This document shows positions 58,874-64,000 of a stretch of 64,000 nucleotides of DNA, one piece after another. The translations under genes and the position numbers were made by a program. Under the pieces are notes generated by a model, which made no database searches, had not been told where the DNA came from, and worked only from the letters and a program-made list of their open reading frames with translations. The stretch is from contig JBLMXQ010000093.1 of the NCBI GenBank assembly GCA_050257855.1, positions 4,796 to 68,795 on the forward strand, in the 5' to 3' direction. How positions within the stretch are numbered: position 1 is the stretch's first letter; each line of letters opens with the position of its first letter. The DNA is from Betaproteobacteria bacterium. GTDB taxonomy: Bacteria; Acidobacteriota; Vicinamibacteria; Vicinamibacterales; CAVVIG01.

Positions 58874-59539
58874 TCAAGCGGCGGGCGCGGCGGCGCGGTC
58901 GAAGAACGCCGACAAGCGCGGCAGCTGCAGACTCCGGGCGATCGCCTCCACCTGCGTCGCCCGAGCGGAGCGGGGCAGCTCGGCCAGCGCGCCGAGCTCG
59001 GCCAGCCGCGCGTCCGCCTGCGCGGCCCATCGCACACGATCCTGCGCCTGGGTAGCGCCGCGCCACGAAAGGTAGTGGCCGATCAGCCGGAACGCGAAGT
59101 AGTACGCGATGAGATTCGGACCGGGCACGAGCATGAGCAGGCCCGACGCGACGAAGGTGGCCGTGTCGACGATGAGCCAGACGCGATGCGACCGGCGGGC
59201 GTGGTCGAAGATCGCCGCGAGCGCCGTGCGGGCGGCAATCTCCTCGACGTCCGCCGGATAGACGATGGTCGCGTCGCGCGCGTCCCGAAGCGCCCAGAGC
59301 GTCCGTTGCTCGGCAATCGTCTCGGCCAGATGGCAGATGATGCCGGCACGCCAGCGCGCAAAGCCTCCCCGCGGATCGTCGCGGCGGGCGGTGCGCACCG
59401 TCTCCTGCCAGCGGTCGCGCATCTTCCACGCCAGACGCCGGATCCACCCGTTCGACTCGGGCGGGGAGTCGGGGTCCTCCGGCGCTTCGGAATAGAGCTC
59501 CAGGCGCCCGCGGCCGACTGGGACCAGATAGGCGGTCAT
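58874..59539 (-). CDS. hypothetical membrane protein (two adjacent TM helices, PGPN motif)
   Basis: ORF 58874..59566. The likely start is ATG 59539 (MTAYLVPVGRGRLELY). The hydrophobic hairpin is VWLIVDTATFVASGLLMLVPGPNLIAYYFAFRLIGHYL. Confidence 0.55.
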   Translation of the reverse strand: MTAYLVPVGRGRLELYSEAPEDPDSPPESNGWIRRLAWKMRDRWQETVRTARRDDPRGGFARWRAGIICHLAETIAEQRTLWALRDARDATIVYPADVEEIAARTALAAIFDHARRSHRVWLIVDTATFVASGLLMLVPGPNLIAYYFAFRLIGHYLSWRGATQAQDRVRWAAQADARLAELGALAELPRSARATQVEAIARSLQLPRLSAFFDRAAAPAA

Positions 59540-59588
59540 CGACAAGATTCTCTGGGGCGGTCGCAAGCCATGTGCCAGCGAAGCGCGC

Positions 59589-60479
59589 CTAGCCTGGCGA
59601 CCGCACCTTCTGCGGCGGCCGGCGTTCCGTCCGGAGCGCCGGCTTACCGGCGGCGTCCCACGCGCCGACGATCAACCCGGCGGTAGCCGAGACCGCCTGT
59701 GACAACTGCTCCTCCAGAATCGGCTTGACCTTCGCGAAGAACTGTTCGAAGTAACTGTCGTCGTACACCGTCCGGCCGGCGACCGCTGCCTTGTCGGCGT
59801 CGAGGACCCGCTGCACGAGCTGATGGCTCTCGAGGAGCGCGGTGAACGCCGCGCCGCGCGCATCGGTCATCGGCACCGGAGGGGCGGGCGTGATGGTCAG
59901 CTGCGACCCGAAGCGCTCGAAGAGCGCGGTCTCGAAGCGGGAATGGATCCCGAACTGGTTCGTGAGCTGCCCGTCGTAGTTGTTCGAGGCGTGGAACGGC
60001 TGATACGCATCCTGGATGTAATGCGACGCGACGGCGCTGAACAGCACGGCGTCGCTCTCGGCGTACGGCGTCTGTCTGGCGAAGCCTTCGAATGCGCGCC
60101 GGAGGTTGCCGGACTCCTCCTGCTCGCGCCACGGCAGCATGCCGAGATGCCTGAGCTCGACGGCGCCGAACTTCTCGAGCGCCGCGCCCAGCTCGCGCGG
60201 AAAGGCCACGAAGGGAAATGGACCGAGCTCGGGCGCTCCGAAGTTGACGAAATGGTACGCGTCGTCGTCCCACGGCACGTCGCGCCAGAGGTCCGGATCG
60301 TTGACGCGCAGCACGATCTCGTCGCGGTGGCGATCGAAGAACGGCTTGATCCCGGGCGGCAGGATCGTGATGGCCTTCGCCATGATGAACCGGTGCGCCG
60401 CGGCGCCCCACGCGAACGCGGGCCGAGGCGCGAGCGACGCGGCAACGCACAGGACGGCGACGAAAGGCGCGTTTCGCAT
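59589..60479 (-). CDS. secreted zinc-dependent phospholipase C / S1-P1 nuclease superfamily protein
   Basis: ORF 296 aa. After the signal peptide the mature N-terminus is WGAAAHRFIMAKA (Trp1/His ligand pattern). It also has NDPDLW and ASHYIQDAYQPFHASNNYDG..GIHSRFE. Confidence 0.55.
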   Translation of the reverse strand: MRNAPFVAVLCVAASLAPRPAFAWGAAAHRFIMAKAITILPPGIKPFFDRHRDEIVLRVNDPDLWRDVPWDDDAYHFVNFGAPELGPFPFVAFPRELGAALEKFGAVELRHLGMLPWREQEESGNLRRAFEGFARQTPYAESDAVLFSAVASHYIQDAYQPFHASNNYDGQLTNQFGIHSRFETALFERFGSQLTITPAPPVPMTDARGAAFTALLESHQLVQRVLDADKAAVAGRTVYDDSYFEQFFAKVKPILEEQLSQAVSATAGLIVGAWDAAGKPALRTERRPPQKVRSPG

Positions 60480-60481
60480 GC

Positions 60482-60491
60482 TGCTATATTA
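60482..60491. promoter_or_regulatory. overlapping back-to-back -10 hexamers in an 18-bp divergent intergenic gap
   Basis: On the plus strand, TGCTATATT is followed by 7 nt and then TTG 60498. On the minus strand, TAATAT is followed by 6 nt and then ATG 60479. There is no room for 5' UTRs. Confidence 0.45.
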
Positions 60492-60497
60492 AGTTCA

Positions 60498-61625
60498 TTG
60501 GACAACCTCACCCATACGCTGTTCGGGGCGACGCTGGCCCGCACTCCGCTCGGGCGCGCGGGCCGCGGCACCACGGCGGCGCTCCTCCTCGCCTCGAACG
60601 CGCCCGATATCGACATCGTGACCGCGACCAACGGCAGCACGTCGTACCTGCGCTGGCATCGCGGGCCGACGCACGGCCTGCTCGGCATCGTCGTCCTCGG
60701 AGTCGCCACGGCAGGGGTCGTGTGGGCCGGCCAGCGGCTCGTCCGTCGAAAGGAGCCCGAGGGTTCAGCCGGACGGAACCCTTCTCCCGGACGAAACGCT
60801 TCGTTCGCGATGCTGTGCGCCGTATCGATGATCGCCGTCGCGTTTCACATCCTCATGGATGTGCCGACGGCATACGGCACCCGTGTGCTGAGCCCGTTCG
60901 GCTGGACCTGGTACGCGGCAGACTGGCTGCCGATCATCGACATCTACCTGCTCGTGATCCTCGGTGCCGGCCTGATCAGCGGCTGGCTCGCGCCGGCGCG
61001 ACGCCGGAGCGCCGCGACTCTGGCGCTCGCGCTGATGGCCGGCAACTACGGACTGCGCGCGGCGGCGCATCACGAGGCGCTCGCCGCCGCCCCTCGCCTG
61101 TTCGGCCCGCTGCTGCCGGCTGCCTGCGAACCGACGGCCCCGGTGCTCGAGCCGTCGTTCACGTCGTGGCCGCGGCGTCCCCCGTCTTCGCGGAGCGGAC
61201 GTCCCTGCCTGGTGCAGATCGCCGCGATGCCCGGCTTCCTCTCGCCGTTCCGCTGGCGCATCGTCGCGCAGATGTCGAACGGCTACGAGCTGCACGACGT
61301 CGACCTGCTGGACGCCCGCCTGCACGGGCCGGACACCGGTCATGAGGTGTTCTGGCGCATGTCGATCCGGTATCCGAATCTCTGGACTCCGTCCGTCGAA
61401 CGCGCGGCGGCCACCGACGTCGGGCACGTCTTCCTCGGCTTCTCGCGCTTCCCCGCCGCGCGCAGCTTCGTCGCGCCGTCGGGCGAGACCGTCGTGCACT
61501 GGAACGACATGCGCTTCGCGGGCGGCATCTTCACGCTGAGCGCGCCCCGGCGCCCGGACCCCTTCACGGTCACCGTCAGGATCGCGGCTGACGGACAGGT
61601 GGTCGAGCAGCGCCTGGGACGATGA
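60498..61625 (+). CDS. membrane-bound metal-dependent hydrolase (YdjM/DUF457 family) with extended C-terminal domain
   Basis: C-terminal part of ORF 59823..61625, starting at in-frame TTG 60498. LDNLTHTLFGATLA...ASNAPDIDI...WHRGPTHGLLG are the family motifs. Confidence 0.65.
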   Translation: MDNLTHTLFGATLARTPLGRAGRGTTAALLLASNAPDIDIVTATNGSTSYLRWHRGPTHGLLGIVVLGVATAGVVWAGQRLVRRKEPEGSAGRNPSPGRNASFAMLCAVSMIAVAFHILMDVPTAYGTRVLSPFGWTWYAADWLPIIDIYLLVILGAGLISGWLAPARRRSAATLALALMAGNYGLRAAAHHEALAAAPRLFGPLLPAACEPTAPVLEPSFTSWPRRPPSSRSGRPCLVQIAAMPGFLSPFRWRIVAQMSNGYELHDVDLLDARLHGPDTGHEVFWRMSIRYPNLWTPSVERAAATDVGHVFLGFSRFPAARSFVAPSGETVVHWNDMRFAGGIFTLSAPRRPDPFTVTVRIAADGQVVEQRLGR

Positions 61626-61632
61626 AAGCCTG

Positions 61633-62508
61633 ATGCCGAGGCTTGGCGCGCACATGTCGGTGGCGGGCGGACTGCCAAGGGCGGTCGAGCGGGCGCGCGC
61701 GCATCGCTGCGACGCGTTCCAGATCTTCGCCAAGAACGCCAACCAGTGGCGCGGGCGGCTCGTGCCGCCGGAGGAAGTCGGCGAGTTCCGCGCGCGGGTG
61801 GCGGCCGTCGGCGCGCCTCCGGTCGTCTCGCACGCAAGCTATCTGATCAACCTGGCGACTGCGAATCCGGCGCTGCGCCGGCAGTCGATTTCGGCGATGG
61901 CCGACGAGATCGATCGCGCCGAAGCGCTCGGCCTCCTCGGCGTCGTGCTGCATCCCGGCTGCCATACGTCCGGCTCCGAAGCGGCAGGACTCGCGGCGAT
62001 TGCGGACGCGCTCGGCGGTCTGCTCGACGAGCGGCGCGGGGGACGGACGAAGATCCTTCTGGAGCACACGGCCGGCCAGGGCACGGCACTCGGCTGCACC
62101 TTCGAGCACCTCGCCTTCATCATCGACAGGGTGAACGGCGATCCGCGAGTCGGCGTCTGCCTCGACACGTGTCATCTTCTCGCGTCCGGCTACGACCTGG
62201 TCTCGCCCGAGGGGTACGCGCGCACGTTCCGCGACTTCGGCCGGCTGGTGGGATTCGATCGCCTCGCGGTGTTCCACCTGAACGACTCGAAATACCCGCT
62301 CGGCAGCCGCGTCGATCGCCACGAGCACATCGGCCGCGGCCATCTCGGCCTCGACCCGTTCCGCCGTCTCGTCAACGATCGGCGCTTCCGCGGGTTGCCG
62401 ATGCTGCTCGAGACCCCCAAGGGCGAAGGCAGGGCGACCGGGCCCATCGTCGCCGATCCGCTGGACCTGCGGAACCTGCGCACGCTGCGGCGTCTGATCG
62501 CCCGGTAG
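61633..62508 (+). CDS. nfo: deoxyribonuclease IV (endonuclease IV)
   Basis: ORF 291 aa with LGAHMSVAGG, FQIFAKN, VSHASYLINLA, VLHPG, LLEHTAGQG, CLDTCHL and FHLNDSK...DRHEHIG. Confidence 0.9.
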   Translation: MPRLGAHMSVAGGLPRAVERARAHRCDAFQIFAKNANQWRGRLVPPEEVGEFRARVAAVGAPPVVSHASYLINLATANPALRRQSISAMADEIDRAEALGLLGVVLHPGCHTSGSEAAGLAAIADALGGLLDERRGGRTKILLEHTAGQGTALGCTFEHLAFIIDRVNGDPRVGVCLDTCHLLASGYDLVSPEGYARTFRDFGRLVGFDRLAVFHLNDSKYPLGSRVDRHEHIGRGHLGLDPFRRLVNDRRFRGLPMLLETPKGEGRATGPIVADPLDLRNLRTLRRLIAR

Positions 62509-62519
62509 CGGCGCTCGTC

Positions 62520-63086
62520 CTACCTGCCCTGCCTGCCCGCCCCGCCCTGCGCGGCCTCTCCGAACACTTCCGCTTCGAATCGCCACAATCGGGCGCCGCT
62601 CCGCCAGGCGTCCTGCGGGAGCCCCGCCTTGCGGCACGTGTGCGTCAGAAACACCTCGGCGGTCCAATCCCATTCGGTCGCCACCTGCGGAAGCAGCAGG
62701 CCGCGACGCCAGCCGCGCTCGACGAGGAGGCCGTGCCGCCCGATCGTTATCTCGTCCGGCCCCTCGATCGGCTCGAGCGGCCCGAGCAGCGAGAGCTCGA
62801 TCGCGAGGCCGACGAGCTCCGGTTCCTCGACGGGCGGGAACCGCGGATCGGTGCTGGCGGCCGCGACCGCGCAGCGCGCGACGATGTAGCCGACGAGATC
62901 GTCGGGTTCGATGTGACCGATGCAGCCGCGCAGGTCGTCGCCGAGGTGAAGGCTGACGAAGGCACCGCCAGGCTGTGCGGCGGCGCCGGTCAGCGCCGGC
63001 GGCGTCATCGCGCTGCGGCGCACGTGGGCGGCAATCGCGTCGCGCGCGATCGCGAGAAGGAGGCGGCGGTCGTCAATGCTGGTCAT
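62520..63086 (-). CDS. AMMECR1-domain protein (AmmeMemoRadiSam system protein A type)
   Basis: ORF 62520..63227 trimmed to ATG 63086. It has GAFVSLHLGDDLRGCIGHI, DPRFPPV and LLPQVA. It overlaps the upstream gene by 14 nt. Confidence 0.8.
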   Translation of the reverse strand: MTSIDDRRLLLAIARDAIAAHVRRSAMTPPALTGAAAQPGGAFVSLHLGDDLRGCIGHIEPDDLVGYIVARCAVAAASTDPRFPPVEEPELVGLAIELSLLGPLEPIEGPDEITIGRHGLLVERGWRRGLLLPQVATEWDWTAEVFLTHTCRKAGLPQDAWRSGARLWRFEAEVFGEAAQGGAGRQGR

Positions 63087-63930
63087 CGTCTTTCCCCAGG
63101 GAATGGCCTCGCTCGCGGAAGTTGCCGAAAGCAGCGGCGAGATACCCCACGACGGCGCCCTTGTCGCCCGAGACGTCACCCGAGTCCGCGTAGTGCAGCG
63201 CCAGCGCGTCGCACGCGCCCAGCGCACGCGCGGCGCGCATCACCGCGACCATCGGGCCGCCGCCGCAGGCGTGCTCCGGACGCACGTCGAGCGCGCGCTG
63301 GAGGCCGTCGGGGTCGAACCGACGGACGTGTTCGATGACGATGGCGTCGAGCGCCGCAGCGGTGCGGGCATCGTGATAGTGCGACAGGTCGGAGCTGGCG
63401 ACGAGCAGCGTACGGCGCCCCTGCAGGACGCGGGTCAGTCCGTCGGCGAGCGCCCGCGCGGTCTCGCCGGTCTGATATCCCATGAGCAGCGGCAGGATCG
63501 GAGTGTCCGGCGCGAGGCGCTGGACGAAGGGGAGCTGCATTTCGAGCGAGTGCTCGCGCCCGTGCGGCGCCGCGTCGGCGTGGACCACCGGCGCGGTCCG
63601 CACGAGCGCAGCGGCCGCGTCCTCGTCGACGGGCGCGATGCCGAGCGGCGAAGCGAATCCTTCTCCGGGAAAGACCGCGACGCCGTCGAAGCCGACGAAG
63701 TGCGACGGCCCGACGAGCACGACCAGGTCGAACGGCCGGCCGCGAAGGAGCGTGTAAGCGTGGGCGGCGACCGGCCCCGAGTACATGAGCCCCGCATGGG
63801 GCGCGACGAGGGCGACGAGATCGCCCGCGACTTCGCGCGTGGCCCCTCCCAGATGCCGGTCCACTTCCGACCGCAGGACGTCGGCGGTTCCCGGATACCA
63901 GCGCCCGGCCACGGCAGCGCGGCGAATCAT
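63073..63930 (-). CDS. MEMO1-family protein (AmmeMemoRadiSam system protein B type)
   Basis: ORF 63073..63996 trimmed to ATG 63930. It has MIRRAAVAGRWYPG, VAPHAGLMYSG, GREHSLEMQLPF and SSDLSHY. Confidence 0.8.
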   Translation of the reverse strand: MIRRAAVAGRWYPGTADVLRSEVDRHLGGATREVAGDLVALVAPHAGLMYSGPVAAHAYTLLRGRPFDLVVLVGPSHFVGFDGVAVFPGEGFASPLGIAPVDEDAAAALVRTAPVVHADAAPHGREHSLEMQLPFVQRLAPDTPILPLLMGYQTGETARALADGLTRVLQGRRTLLVASSDLSHYHDARTAAALDAIVIEHVRRFDPDGLQRALDVRPEHACGGGPMVAVMRAARALGACDALALHYADSGDVSGDKGAVVGYLAAAFGNFRERGHSLGKDDDQH

Positions 63931-63960
63931 CTGCGTTCCCCGTCGATGGGTCGGAGGCAA

Positions 63961-63983
63961 CAGCTTTCGGCTATCGGGTTCAC
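63961..63983 (+). repeat. composite CAGC-TTTCGGC-TATCGGG-TTCAC (7-mer family running into a GGGTTCAC 9-mer-family word)
   Basis: Read directly from the sequence. The first 20 nt (CAACAGCTTTCGGCTATCGG) match 21201-21220 at 19 of 20 positions. It lies 31-53 nt upstream of the Memo-family ATG. Confidence 0.75.
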
Positions 63984-64000
63984 AAGCACCCGGCACCGCG

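Overview
High-GC (roughly two-thirds to 70% G+C by eye) bacterial chromosomal segment. I call about 53 protein-coding genes, roughly three quarters on the minus strand and tightly packed, with many 4-nt start/stop overlaps. The gene families suggest an Acidobacteriota-like organism; this is inference only. They include an ADOP-type duplicated MacB-like permease, a 10-Asp-box BNR protein, multihaem cytochromes c and many secreted Zn-peptidases. I found no rRNA, tRNA, CRISPR array, cas gene, transposase, integrase or phage gene. Housekeeping content: mreB, typA, acnA, an ammonium transporter, a MocR regulator divergent from a class IV aminotransferase, queG, yqgE/algH, lpxD, lpxB, nfo and an AMMECR1/Memo pair. 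More accessory content: two RND efflux operons (one with TolC, one followed by an M28 peptidase), a MerR-copA operon beside a vapBC toxin-antitoxin pair, a WYL-domain regulator, an OpuC-type osmoprotectant ABC system, a GH15 hydrolase and two multihaem cytochromes. I did not find a convincing new defence-type system. The best candidates for undescribed biology are listed here. (1) An M16 peptidase pair, one subunit fused to a LolA-like domain, plus a putative outer-membrane protein, all translationally coupled between lpxD and lpxB. (2) A three-gene secreted module: an unknown protein, a matrixin-type metalloprotease and a small beta-barrel. (3) A recurrent TANNNT hexamer 6-9 nt upstream of about a dozen start codons, which suggests widespread leaderless transcription. 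(4) Two families of short tandem intergenic repeats, a 7-mer TNTCGGC family and a 9-mer GTGAACCCC family. (5) A recent 318-bp in-frame tandem duplication in the metal-binding N-terminus of copA. Many very long ORFs in the track are antisense artefacts of the GC-rich genome, and I rejected them.
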